Of a stretch of DNA of 64,000 nt, positions 41,484 through 60,000 are shown one piece after another (within the stretch, counting starts at the first letter, position 1; every line of letters starts with the position of its first letter). The stretch comes from Laetmonice hystrix (lineage: Eukaryota). The translations under genes and the position numbers were made by a program. The notes beneath the pieces were generated by a model. The model worked only from the letters and a program-made list of their open reading frames with translations, ran no database searches and had not been told where the DNA came from. The DNA is taken from NCBI GenBank assembly GCA_965235115.1, contig OZ249436.1, positions 8,372,001 to 8,436,000 on the forward strand, written 5' to 3'.

Positions 41484-44161
41484 CAAGAGACAAAGAGCTA
41501 AATTACTGACTCAACAATATTTTTTTTAATAATCTATATTTAATATAACTGCAAAATGCAATACTAGTATAGCTTGACACAACCGACCTTTACTTTAAAC
41601 ACCGACTGTGTTATACCAGGGTTTGTCGGCAACAGCAAGCAAAGGCTAGCCGCATTAGACTTTTATTTCTAGATAGTATTTAAGTTTACAAAGGAAGCGT
41701 TCCTTCAGTTTGAGCTTTTCAAGTCCACCTGTCATCTGTAGGTTCTGATCATGCGGCAAGTATTACACGAAAAGACGTACACAAAAATACAAACAATATA
41801 CCTGTAATATTCACAAAGAGAATGTTTTCCGACAGTCAAATTATAGCTAGACTGTTAAAACTTGTTCTAATACACTGACAATCATTGGCCGAAAATATGG
41901 AGCAATAAATCGAGAGGTCCTAAAAAATAAGCTCAGAATAAACACCATATTACGTGGCACTGAGAATTATAACGCTTCATATTTTCTTCTTCTTTCTTCC
42001 AAACGATAACCTTTGCAGAAATAAAATACTTGATGGCTACCATTTACAGAAACTGGACTTTCACTGGGACCGTGCCTTTACAGGACATCGATTCATAGGG
42101 CAGACAGAATGCAGTATTCAGAATTTTCTTGGGAAAGCATAGCTATTTTAAAATAAACGAGATTCATAAATACATTCCGGTATTGTTATAAATTATCTTT
42201 TTTTGTCACATACTATCAAATACTATTTGAAACCGATTCGATGATCAAAACCGCATGACATAAGAACCTTGCATTTACATTAATTCAGGAATCAGCAATT
42301 TAGAATGTTATGTAGATATTATATTCCATTAAAAAATGGATAGGAAAAAAAAGACAAAAAAAATAATTTTATAAATACAATTTTAAAAAAAGAAAATAAT
42401 ATGGAAAAAGTATGTAGGCCTGTATTGTAGCAGTGGTAACAGCATGCCTCCCGTTTTTATGACAAACTGGGAGGTACAAGTTCCTAGCTCACGTAGCCTC
42501 TCAGTGAATAGGTAGGTCTCTTACCGCAGAAATACTTCATCACAATGTTCCTTGACAGCAAGAATACACAACATTTACTGTTTAGACAGAATCTCAACAT
42601 ACTTTTTAAAAACTAATAATAGTAAAAGAACGTCTTCACGAACTGCCCACTTAAAATATGTGAAAATACTCTGCCTATTATTGATGTGTCTTACTGTTGT
42701 GACTTGCATTCTACTTCAAGCCCAGGTTTTTGCCAGATTATTATTCATAAGGAGATATAATGCCTGTGAGAGTCCATTGTATTTATTTCTGATAGAAATA
42801 ATCATAATGAACGAGGTAAAACTCTCACCTTGATAACCATATTAAGTTATTCTAAAAACTTACTTTAAAACATTACCGGTATAGTACTTCCATTTTGATC
42901 TAATCTCAAACACTGTAAAGAAAAATATACCGTATTAATCTTATCTGATGCATGGCGCTAGATATGTACTTGTGGTGTGACACAAAGACTAATAAATTAT
43001 ATAATTAAACAGGTAAATTATATACCACGCGGGGGCCCAATATTGAACTACATCTTGAAAGGAAGTCCTATAAAAGAGATGACAATTAACACAATCGTAT
43101 GTAAAGTTTTTCTTTTTTTCTTTTTGAACAAAATGTACATGTCAATGGTCATGCTTTGTATGATACACAATTAACTCTTTATTCTAAAAGGTTCTATCAG
43201 AGTCTTTGGTTTTACTGGTAATGCGAACAGTGACCTGTACAACAGTAAACGTCGAGAGACCTTTTCGGTCTTCATAAACCCATTCAAGTACAGATATTTA
43301 AAGTATTTTTGACAAGTACAACATTTCCAATTTCTCAGTAGACCAGTTACCTTCCTGATATAACTCTACAAAATCCTCAACAACTGCGACTTCGTATCTG
43401 TTTTAATCTTCTGGGCTAAACCTATCATGACAACATAGAATAACAGTTCTATGTAAATAAGGAGTGACCATACACTGGCTCGCATAAAGCCGGTTCTAAC
43501 AGTAACATAGACCTTCTGCAGGTTGTGGGTAGATGTGTGTGTGTAGGTGTGGGAGGGGGGCGTATTCCTCTTCTGTACCTTCATGTATAAATAACTCGGT
43601 GAACCAAACTTTACCACAGGCCAGGGTGCTGCTGACGCACCAGTACTTCGCAGTAAGAAACAGTAAATCTGACGCTGAATATTAGCTTTGAAACAAATTT
43701 GAATTGGGCAAAGAATTATTGAAGTTTTAAACTTTAAATGATATGTACACCTCTGAACGAATAAAGAAAATGCTCAATATATATGATATTCTGAACAGGC
43801 CAAATTCCTGCACCAATTTGTGTCTAGTTTGTAATAGTAATGGTGCAACTACAACCCTCCTTTTCAAGACTACGCTATTAAAGTGTCCGAATCCCTCAGT
43901 AATAACACCGTTTGTTCATATATAATTTTACAAAACTCCAAAGCTGATAGTTTTCCAAATTCTGCATTGAACTGGATGTTGTAGAGTAAAGACACGCATC
44001 ATTTAGTTACATTTTCGATGCTGGGACCGCTGGCAAGTACAATTGCAATGGAGAAAGTAAACTTTAGTGTTTCTCGGTGGTGGGGCGTAGCCATCAGCAG
44101 GATATTTCCGAATAGGTCTCAAGACCACTAGCCTTTGAGGCATTGTCTGTATTAAACTTTG

Positions 44162-47729
<3,568 letters not shown>

Positions 47730-49002
47730 TCAAGACCTGATTATATACCATATCACTATGTTTCATTACTTCCAATTTTAGAATCATAGTGTATGCTGTG
47801 GATGATTTTGTGAAATTCAACTCTTGCCCTAAGCAGATATAAACCACAAAGTACCGGTATCTATTGTCTAGGTTTAGATCTTTTGTATCACACAGAGTCA
47901 TCTGATGATCTGGACTGTCCAATCTAATAATGAAGTACTGGACTTCAGCTTGCCGATATTTTACTTTAGCAAAGTTCTGTGGTTAAATGGGTGCCCAAAT
48001 CCTTGAGCCACATCTCTGTAATGGCCATCCTTATTATCTGGTACGCTACATGGATGTTACAGTACTTATCATATATGCCGTGACGTCACAGGGTAACAAT
48101 ATAAATATAGCATTACGAAAGAGAACTGCTTTCACCATACTATTTGGCAGGTTGCCGACTTGTGCCAGAACCCATTATGTGATAACTGCTTGTGATACAC
48201 TTGTGATTCACTCCCGACACAACTGTCGCATAGTGCAACAGGGTTGTCGCAAGCACTTGCAATAAAATTTCTGCATGCGAATATTGAACATGTTTAATAT
48301 TTTTTCCGCGAGCGCTTGCAATCCAGTATTGTCGCATAATGGAACACCCTTGTCGGGGCTGCTCGCGATATGTCGTCAGGAATTATAGTCGATTCGCCCC
48401 AGGTCGGTTTCGACCCGGGTCAGTTTCGCCCCACAACCTAGTCGATTCGCCCCACCCCTAGTCGTTTCGCCGCACTCTCGAAGGCGTTTCGCCCCACACT
48501 TGAAGTCGTTTCGCCCTGGGCATCGATGATCTCGAAGTTAATTTGCTTCAACCTTTTAGAAGTTCTTTAACCACACAGAGCTTTTATAGTTAGTTGGTAG
48601 GCCTATTACTAATACTGTCTCGTCTCGATGGGCCTTCGCCGCCACCGGGCCTCGGAGGGGAGGAGCGGGCCGGGACGTCCTGGCACCCGTTTGAAGTGTC
48701 GGGCGTCAGGGTCGGAAGCGGGGACTGGGTGGAGTGAGGCAGGCCGGTTGCCGGCGTGCGGGCAGGTGGCTGCGGTGGTTGCAGGCTCACGATCCCGTCT
48801 AGGGCATTAGGCCGATACTACGGCCTACGCGAACCCACCTACACAGCTCCGCCGGTAGTCATGTGGCTCGCTACCTGGCCGCCTGGCTGCCGGGCCGTGG
48901 AGGTGGGGAGCCCGGTAGGGACAGCAACAGCACGGTTCCCACACTGCCACAGCACAGAGCTGGTAGTTAGCAGCTCGCTCCGGGCTGGACGGTCGGCCTT
49001 AA

Positions 49003-49915
49003 AGGGAGTCGTAAAATTCATTTTTTTCGATTTATGGCAGTCTTAGAAACATATGATTCGCATACCTTGGACTCCCAGTAACATCATGTGAGACTGTTAT
49101 GGCCCAGCGACCAGTATTTAGTAAGGAAAATATGCCAAATCTCTCGCAAATACGTAGCTCAGAATTAGCGAACGGCCCACAGGATATTTGAGTTGGCCGC
49201 GGTCGGGCGATGATCACGCATGATCACGTGACTTCCGGGTGTGGAAGGGAATCTCCCTCTAGTCTAGCTTTGACCGAAATACCGCATGTACACATAGGCG
49301 CCAGAAGCGGGGGGGCAGGGGGGGTCGACCGCCCCCTCAATAATATGATTGGGGGGGCATCGCCCCCCCCAATAATCTCTGAACATGAATGAAAAAAGAC
49401 AGGTTTTTCCACATACAGTAGGCCTGTTGAAACCATGACTTGGGTGCGTGAAAGAGTGGGTCGATTGTCCTATTGATACATTGTAATCTATTCATTCACG
49501 CCATCAAAACATAAAAAATCTTGCCTCAAAATGGTGTAGAAAAGCGTTTTAGGCCGTGTGTAGTTTTCACACATTTCTCGGGGAGGGCATTCGACCCTGC
49601 TTGTTGTAGCCTCTGACTTTCGCTTCAGCTCTCTTGCCCCCCTAATAATAATTTGCTTCCGGCGCCCCTGCATGTACACCCAGAAGTCACGTGATCACGC
49701 GTCATCATCGCCCGACCGCGGCCAACTCAAATATCCTGTGGGCCGCTCGCTAATTCTGAGCTACGTATTTGCGAGAGATTTGGCATATTTTCCTTACTAA
49801 AACCTGGTCGCTGGGCCATAACAGTCTCACATGATGTTACTGGGAGTCCAAGGTATGCGAATCATATGTTTCTAAGACTGCCATAAATCGAAAAAAATGA
49901 ATTTTACGACTCCCT
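49003..49915. mobile_element. Level 3 Kolobok-like foldback MITE with ~240-bp arms
   Basis: TTAA|AGGGAGTCGTAAAATTC ... GAATTTTACGACTCCCT|TTAA; arms 49003-49242 and 49676-49915 are nearly identical. Confidence 0.95.
49293..49670. mobile_element. Level 4 hAT-type MITE
   Basis: 8-bp TSD CATGTACA at 49285-49292 and 49671-49678; TIR CATAGGCGCCAGAAGC / GCTTCCGGCGCCCCTG. Confidence 0.9.
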
Positions 49916-52244
49916 TTAATTGGTGCACAAAACGACTTGTTTACTGGACTGGATAGTATCAAAACTCAAGTCAAGAGACAATGAAAATGTAGACTCTGAT
50001 AGAATGATACTAGAGTCAGTTAGCGTCCAGTCTGGACTGGGGCGAAACGACTTTTCGAGTGGGGCGAATCGTCTTCTACCAGTGAGGCGAATCGTCTTTC
50101 CGAGTGGGGCGAATCGACCGGGGTGAATCAGAAGTGGGGCGAATCGACTATTTACCGTCGTGAGTGACCGACCAATTAAATCAGCTGCAGGTGCCGTCGC
50201 ATAGTGGAACACGCCCCTGTTTGGATGTACATGTTTGCAATACACTCGCGACAGCACCTCCCGAAGGATGGATCATGAGTATATCGCAAGCAGTTATCGC
50301 ATAATGGGGTTCGGCCTTTAGTAAGTTAGTAAGATGGGCCCCTGCCCTGGATCCGCCAGATATGCATCGACATCGTCATGCAATGGTCCGGACATGGTGA
50401 TTGGTCACATTTGGGAAAAGATTAGACTCTATATCAAAGTTCAATGGAGAAAAAAAAAAAAAGACAAATCGGCTGCCTAGGGGACTTAACACCACCGGGC
50501 ACCTCCCCCCATGGATCCGCCACTATGGCACTGGCGAAACCCTGGGGCTGGGGTTCATTCGACTGGCCAATCCGCAATCCAACGACTGAACGAAGTTGTC
50601 AATCTCTGACGGGGGAAACATGGAAAGTGAACTTAGTCAGTCGTGAGATTAGCACCCAACTTCGGAACTTAGGCATAGTTACAACTTAAGGGCAAATATT
50701 TACGTGTATCAACACAAATTTACCTGGCTAATCTTTTCTATGAACAAAAGGAATACCGTACTGGGTGTAATTTACCGTTTGACCCAGCAATGTAAGCGGG
50801 ATATCCATTGGATTTCAATCAATGTCTTCGAAAACAACAACGGACGGTCCAACGGAAATTGGCGTTGCCTATCTTTGCGCATGACAGAAGGGGTTAACTT
50901 CCGGGTATTAAGGTCATTCGATGCAATCTACGAAAAAGCTAACATAGCTCACTTTTCATGTTGGCAGCACATTATTGGGGGAATTTTGTTAAACATTATT
51001 GGGTCTGCCTATGACTTTATTACACTAACATAGTCATCTAAGACGAGAAATACGAGAATCAGGACGTTATAATTGTTATATTTTCCAATCTGTTTAGAAG
51101 GCTATGTTGATACCTGAATTCAGAAACAGCTGATCGAGTGTCCACGCTGGAGAGACCCTCGACCGCAATCGCAACATGATCTGGGCTTTCTGTACGCAGA
51201 AGGCTTCGAAAGTTCCGATTGCCTCGACCGAGTACGCGCCTACGTTACTGGTTCAAAGGGTCTAGGTCCGTTAGTCCGACAGGCCAATAGTCCGACGCCC
51301 ACTTTGGCTGTCGGACCACTTGTCTTGATCATAAATAGTTTGATGCGCTGTCGGACCAATGCCATGGGCCCACCCCGTTCAAAGAAACGCCGGGTTTCTG
51401 ACCGTTTCCTTTCCGACGTATCTCGTACGATCACTGGCATACCTTGAAATAGGCCTAGGCCATATAGTCTAGATAGCCTAGTGTTTGCAGAATGCATGAT
51501 CAGATAGCATGAACTCTTAATTTCGGGGGGGGGGGGGGCACCTAGGCTAGGGCGAGGCCTAGGTGAGTAGGTAATACGTATTGCCCCCCCCCCCCCCCAG
51601 TTGCACCGTACCCCGCCCCCACCTCCACCCCCAAGACCGTGTGACAAACTCCAAGATGGTGTGCGCCATTGGGTGTGCGTTTGGCACCCTTCAGACTGGA
51701 ATGCCAACAGACCCCCCCCCCCCCCCCCCCCCGTGCATTTCTGGCTACGTCACTGTGTTATACCTATTACCAGTGTGTTATGAAATAGGCCTGCATTGCG
51801 GTTTGTATTTAAATGCGCGTGACGAATCGCTTTTCTAGGCTATTTATATCATCGATCGTAGACGCAGAAGCAAGAATGGTGGCGTGTCTCTATCTACGTC
51901 TATAGCCCTATCATGCATGGCTACGGCCGGTAGGCCACCGCCGGTGTTGCGCCAGGAAATGGGCCTAAATATGATCAACTGGCCTGAAAAAGAAGCCTAC
52001 GTATGGCGGCCTAGGGCAAGCCGCATACTCCCCAGTAGGGCCTGTCAATCTAACCTAATTAAAATTACATCTTGGTATTCCGTGTCTTTCCCGGATTGTC
52101 CCCAGAATCTAGGCCTATATAGGCCTATTTTATATTATTTTTTTGCTCCCCGCATTGCATTTTTTACAAGATATAAAAAAAAATCCCCCGGTAACTCAGC
52201 AGTCCCTGCAGTAGGCCTACATATTTAATAGCCTAGGCCTGTTA

Positions 52245-52437
52245 TAGGTTCTTCCCCCATGATAACTTTCCACGAAATGTTTGGGCAGGGGTTAGGGTTA
52301 AGGTCAGGGATAGGGATAGGATAGGGATATGTTTTTGGGAGGTGTAGGGACTGGGGTTAGGGATAAGGTCAGGGCCATGGATCTTTACTTTCCACCAAAT
52401 TTCGTGAGGTTTAAGTTATCATGGGCGATATACCCTA
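52245..52437. mobile_element. MITE-like inverted repeat enclosing telomere-like GGGTTA/GGGATA repeats
   Basis: CCCATGATAACTT / AAGTTATCATGGG arms around GGGTTAGGGTTAAGGTCAGGGATAGGGATAGG. Confidence 0.65.
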
Positions 52438-52683
52438 TTATAGGCTACTACCCCCGGTAAGGGGCTGTCCATATATTAGTAGGCCCCTTTATCTCCTTTA
52501 TAGGCCTATTAATTATTACAGTCAGTACATTTTTAATATTGTAGCGTATGACAGGCGTATTATAGGCCTACTGGGGGAGTAAATATATCACGGGAGTATC
52601 TATTTAAGGCAACACCGGCACAATCACTCTGACCACGTGCAGGTCTGCACATGTTCCGGTGGCCTGTTCAGACTTGACTGGCC

Positions 52684-52790
52684 GGAACGTTCGAGAATCC
52701 ACCAGCAGGTAGCATGACGTAGGCAGTCCTTTAGGATTGACCCTGATAATGACGTCAGTTGGAAACCCCGCTCGGCCTATATAATGGGGG
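52684..52790 (+). promoter_or_regulatory. Polyubiquitin promoter: heat-shock element, CRE, TATA box
   Basis: GAAcgTTCgaGAA at 52685-52697 (three-unit HSE), TGACGTCA at 52750-52757, GGAAACCCC at 52761-52769 (kB-like), TATATAA at 52778-52784. Confidence 0.8.
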
Positions 52791-52807
52791 GTTGCGCAGT
52801 CGCAGCT

Positions 52808-52933
52808 CAGAACTCGTCGGCAGCGGGGAGGTACACACCACACAATACAAAGAGCGGGAAAGTACACACCACACAACACAAAGGAGGATATACAGAATAA
52901 CCTATATACCACTGAGGCTTTTAAACACACAAG
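52808..52933 (+). other. Non-coding first exon of the polyubiquitin gene
   Basis: Begins ~30 bp after the TATA box (TCAG initiator-like) and ends at AAG|GTAAGT (52933). The intron ends at TTGCAG 54055 just before ATG 54063, the usual polyubiquitin layout. Confidence 0.75.
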
Positions 52934-53053
52934 GTAAGTTGGTGTTCATTTATTTAGACGAAACACTCTCAGCCTTCCAGCGAGGAGGCGGCCGGGGCTT
53001 TAATTAGGCCTAGCTAGTGTTCATTCATTCAATGAGTCCGTGAAATAATTCTA

Positions 53054-53253
53054 TAACTTCAACTTACGGCGCAGCAGGGACACTGAATCTAGGCCTGGGC
53101 TATATATATGCACCTCAATATAAAGGAAATAGTGGGAGTAGAGCCACAGATTGTGGTAGAGCTAACTTCAGTTAACTTCAACTTACGGCTCACGAGAGAC
53201 ACGTGGCCTTGGGCTAGGCTATGCACCTTTATAAAGAAAATGGTGGGAGTAGA
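53054..53253. repeat. Diverged ~118-bp direct duplication in the polyubiquitin intron
   Basis: TAACTTCAACTTACGGC...TATGCACCT..ATAAAG..GTGGGAGTAGA twice; a further three ~60-bp diverged units at ~53725-53890. Confidence 0.7.
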
Positions 53254-53969
53254 ACTTTATGACCAGTTAACATAGGCGAGAATTTATTCTTATTTGTGCT
53301 TTAAAGGCCGAATATTTTACGAAGGACTTTATCTGTATTCAGCCGCCTAACGGAACGGTCGGTCAAGGTGTGTAATTGGGTGACACTGAGTGATGACGTG
53401 TCGCAGTCGTAATCAACGGTTGATTTAAATACGCGTACCTGCCTGACCGGAGCCTACTATTGTATAGGCTTATGACCAGTCATTTTAGACCCAGGTAGTC
53501 GTGGGCCTATTTGAAATGACGCATCTATATCAGATTCAGAGTCACATGCAGAATGAGTCACACTTCCTTGTAGGCCTATAGTCTACCATTGGTAGGAGCT
53601 GTGTCATCCTGCACTAAATAAACTTAAATGGAATGTGCAATATATAATCAGACATATATTGTCTGATTAGATCTCATGAGAAATACTGAAAATATGAAAG
53701 CACTGTTTCTTCAAAGTAAATAAGAACATTATAGATGCATATAGCCTACCATAAAAAGACTTGTGATGAAGTGTGGCCTATAATTATGGATGCATTATAC
53801 CATAGCAAGACTTGTGATTAAGTGGGTTAAAGCATAAAGCATAATTATAGATGCATTATATACCGTAACAAGACTTGTGATTAGGTAGGTTGAAGCAGAG
53901 CAATGTGAAAACCTGTAATGTTAAACCTCTTGTGATAATTAGGAAGTGAAAAAAATTTAACCGATATAA

Positions 53970-55436
<1,467 letters not shown>

Positions 55437-55457
55437 CTTATTTAATATCCATGGTTC

Positions 55458-55463
55458 AATAAA
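55458..55463 (+). terminator. Polyadenylation signal of polyubiquitin
   Basis: AATAAA 21 nt after the stop, followed by a T/GT-rich tract. Confidence 0.75.
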
Positions 55464-57017
55464 ATATTTAATATCATATGCCTGAATTTGTTTTAATTTT
55501 GTAAAGTAGATTTAAAGTAAACACTTGCCTGAGGGCCACCCCCTCGAAATTTTTCAAAAGCAGGGTTCTGGTTCCCCCCCCCCATACTGAGTGACCCTTG
55601 CCTATGCTGGTAGTAGTCCAATTCCCGTCAACCCCCCAGCCCCCCCCCCCCCCCCAATCCCCGAAGAAAAATCCTGGATCCGCCCGTAGCTTGCCCACTG
55701 ACAGTTTAATAGTGATAAAGTCAATATGAAGAGGAATAAGGTTCATCATACCTCGTGTCCGAACTAACGTTTGTGTCATTCAAGGTTGCATCGTCTGGCT
55801 GATAAGATTAGCTACCATCTCGTCTCGCATACATTTAATAGGAATAAGGTCAACACATGGGCCTACATACTGGTGCATAAATAACTTTCGCATAAATAAC
55901 ATTCGCACACATTAATGGAATAAAACTGCAGTACAAAAGGGACCTTTAAAGTTGGGACACTCAGCGTTTTGAGTGCTGTCACAGCAACATGTTATAGATT
56001 TTTCAGATAACATTTTTAGTTTGAGTGAATTCCCTGTCGTTAATCCCTGGAACCCTCAATTTTTGATTTTTGACATGGAAATTCTGAGGCGACTGGACAG
56101 ATTATTGATGGGACGGTATTTGATATGAGCATTTCCAGACCTATACAAGACAGAACATGGTTCTGTTGGAAAATGGTACAAAAGAGACCATTACCCAAAA
56201 TTCAAATCTTAATAATGGATAAAAAACAAAATTATCGTCGAAACTTTTTTGGCCCTGGGGACATGCCTTGCAAGACCTCAGCTTGCCTTGCATATATACT
56301 TACATCATTTGCTTTGGGATTGGACTGAAACCTAGTAATGCTGGCACAAAGTAGGCCTACTCCTTTGTCTCTCTGAACCCGTCATTATAGCAAAAAGTGA
56401 AAAAGCCATCATATCGGAGCACGTTACGTGGTTTATTCAATTGTCGACATAGACTGATACAGCAGAGATGCCTACTTCAGGATATCCTTGACAACGCCAC
56501 ACTGACGCGACATCTTGTGGCAATACCACTCTTGAAAAACTGACAAAAGGAATACTTGCAACAGGGAACATATTTACAGTCACTATAAAAAAAACTGCAG
56601 ATTTTCTTTTCTAAAAAATTTCAGATATCGTCAAGACATAATATAAAGCTGCGACTGATAATAACCTACACTAGTTCCTATTTGGTTTTACTATGGAGAT
56701 GTATGTACATGTATGTACATTAGTAGACAGTTTTAATACACTTACAATTAATTTTCCATTCACCATAAAGAATACTTAACCAGTTTTGAATAAAGCATAG
56801 GAACATCTGTTAAATGAGTAACTAAATTTCTGTCTACGGTACATGTATTTGTGCTTCCCAAGTTTTTTATTTCTTTCAGATGAACATGGATCTTTCAAAT
56901 ATTTTTAAACGAAGTTCATCTATCCTCAGTACATCATGAGGACAATTACTATATTAGACCATCATTAGAATACATGTACTAACAAATTCTACGTGCAAAA
57001 GTACTGCTCACATGGGG

Positions 57018-60000
57018 TCACGTCAATGTCATCGTTGATTGGTACATGGTTTGTCTGCTAAACAACATCATTGTGATGCTACTCAAGAAGGCAGGGATGC
57101 TGTTCGACTGTTGGAGGTAGGCATCGATCTTGTCCTCGAGTGTGGCAGCATACTCGGATGACAACATCTCCACAACCCCACTAGAGTTTTGCTTTAACAG
57201 AAAACAAATTTCATACACAGGTTGGTAATCGAGTCTGATTGGAGGCTTTCTTTTCTATTTTTCTCTTGTTAAGGCACTGAGAACAGAACAATATTTATAA
57301 ACTCTTTCCCCATCAACATTTTTGAACACATTTCCCTAGACTGCCCCATTTCTGGGAAAGCATAACGTTGAAACTAAGTAAGACTGGAAATCTATGACTT
57401 GGACACTGGGAATACTGGTACATCATAGAATTCTGACTTTGGCAGGAAAACAGTTAATGATTTCATTACTGGGTATCTTTAATGAGGGAAACATACCTGG
57501 AAAAGCAGGAATTCCTCTGGTGATTCTGCATATATGCTCATCAGGCGATACTGATTGTCTGTTGGAATATCAATTCTGTAGCCAAGAAGTTGGAAACAGA
57601 CCTCACGGAACTCTTGACTTTTCTTCTTGAAAGCCTCCATCAAGCGTTTGTTTTTCAATTCTGCTGTTACAACTTGAGCTCTCATTTCTGGAAAATAACA
57701 GGTCACATATTGCTTTAACATATAAAAACTAATTATTAATCTATTCCTCCCCCTCTATTTAAAAACAACTCACTTTCATGCCATTCTCGGATGTCATTCC
57801 CAGTACATGTGTGCTCTCAGTTTCATAACCCCCCAACTGTTGACACACCTAGACAAGGATATCTGTATCTAAAAATTTGTGAGCCCTTTTTGCATGAACT
57901 TTATGAAGGCAAAGTGATGACAGCATAGAATGTATGACAATAAAAACTTCACATACCTTCTATTTCCTTGCTATTGCCTGGCTGCTCCAGCTTCTGCTGT
58001 ACCTTGAAGGTCAAGTCCTCGGTGGCTCCACCATTCTCCTCCAGAAACTTAACCCGCTCACTCAGCTCTGCATTTTCCTCGCGAAGCCTGGCCAGTTCTA
58101 CAGCACGCTGTTTCAGTGCTACGGAAGCTGGGTTTAGAGGCATGTGTAACACCTTTGTCTTTGTTGGGTCATAGTCTCCCTTTAGAAAGAAGATTTCAAA
58201 CCAATCATACTAAGAGTTTAGCAAGAATGCAGCGTTGAAGATACCTTGTTTTTATACAGTACAATTTCAGACTTTACCTAAAAACCAGCCTACTGACAAC
58301 TGAATAGTGTAAAGCAGGAAATTTTTCGACATGTGGCATTATGGCTAAAATTAGACTATAAATTTTCGGGTATTAATTAATCACCGGTTAAAACATCATT
58401 GCACAGGTGTATTGATATAAATGCATGCAATTCATTTGTGTGCTCCTTCCAAAACGACATCTGACTAATTTGTTTTACACTTGACTTACACAGAGAATGA
58501 AATTAACTGTCCTAGATTCGTTTTTAATTCCCAGACAAAGTAGTCTTTATAAATGCAACCCTTTCGGGCTGTCCTCACCAAAAACAGCTACTACCAACCT
58601 GTAAATGTCTCTGTTCAATCCTCGCTTCTAAGATACTTCGTTCCTCAGTCACACACTCCAGATCCTTCTCGAGACCTGCCACCTGGGTTCTGTCATTAAA
58701 ATATAATCAGTTAATATGGAACCTATCCTCACACAAGACGTCTTTAATTCAATTCTTTAATACAACTGATCAGCAAATCAGTGCAATTCTTTCCAATTCA
58801 ATTAATAAGCTAATGATTCCACCCCCCCCCCCCCCCAAAGCCATAATATCAGTGCATACTTAGTGTGAAAAGATTTAACCTCCCACAAAACATGCGAATT
58901 ATCTTAATTACCTGAGTTCAGCAATAATCTTTTGATCCACATCCGATGTGACTGGGGGTAGTTCTTGACCACGATTTTTTATACGAGCTTCAAGCTGAAA
59001 TGAAATGATGTGAACATCAACATATCACATTGTAATGACAATATTATGCCTCGGAATGCATGAACACTTGATGAAACATTACTTAAACATCGCAATAAAA
59101 TTGAGAAACTGATGGTAAGAAACAACCCGACACATCATCTGGCCTATATTCTGTAGATTTTACCAACTTATGAACCCGTATTCTTCAAAAGGATAATGAG
59201 TTCACTGTTAATGACCTACCAGACTGCATCTTGTATTGCTCTCAGAGAGTTGACTGGTGACCTCATCCAGTTTAGACTCCAGCTGTTCCTGATGTGAGAG
59301 ATACCTCTCTAAAACATCTTCTAGTTGTTTAACATGATCAGCATTGCTAGCTGGACCAGGTTTCATAGACGGTGAAGTTTCAGAGTCAATCATGTCCTTA
59401 TAGACATCTCTTTCCTACAACAAAATATTTCATTGGAGAGAAAGTAACCAATTCCAAAGTGGTACACTTCATCAAAACGATTTGTATATAAACAATCTAC
59501 AGAAAGTTCAAAAAATGTTCTCTAAAAGATATATTAATTCTGATTGTCTGGCCTGACGCAGTAGATTTAGAAACATTACACTGCACGGTAGGCAGTTCTC
59601 ACCTTTGAGACTAGTAGTAGTTTACGCTGCAGCCGTTTGATAAAGTCTGCCTGCTGGAGACAGCGTTGTTTGTGAACCGATAATTGTTCTTGAAGTGTTG
59701 AGAGCTCTGTTTGTTTTATTTGCAGTGCCTCCTCAGCCATGTGAGCTCCTGCCTGAAGCTTGCCCTGTTTTTCCATGATTAGGAGATTGTTTCTCTGCAG
59801 GTCGGACATATGCCGCTTCAACAAAGCTGGTGACCTGGAGTGAAAAATCTTCTTTCGTATCACCATTTCACTGAGCATATCTTTTACCTGGCACTGGGGA
59901 TGAAACAAAGCTTCCTTCCATCATTACTGGATTGCTGTTTTTTGAAGCAGGTAATTATACTGACACTCATGGGGTGCCTGCCTAACTATATTATACAAGT

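Larger units (their letters stand above)
48379..50156. mobile_element. Level 2 TIR element with GTCGWTTCGCCCC subterminal repeats
   Basis: ATAGTCGATTCGCCCCA (48385-48401) perfectly inverts 50135-50151; several motif copies face inward at each end; flanks GTCGTCA / GTCGTGA resemble a decayed TSD. Confidence 0.8.
48163..50316. mobile_element. Outer (level 1) degenerate TIR element of a nested cluster
   Basis: 48168-48210 GAACCCATTATGTGATAACTGCTTGTGATACACTTGTGATTCA is a diverged inverted copy of 50269-50312; GTCGCATARTGSAAC motifs occur on both sides. Confidence 0.7.
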
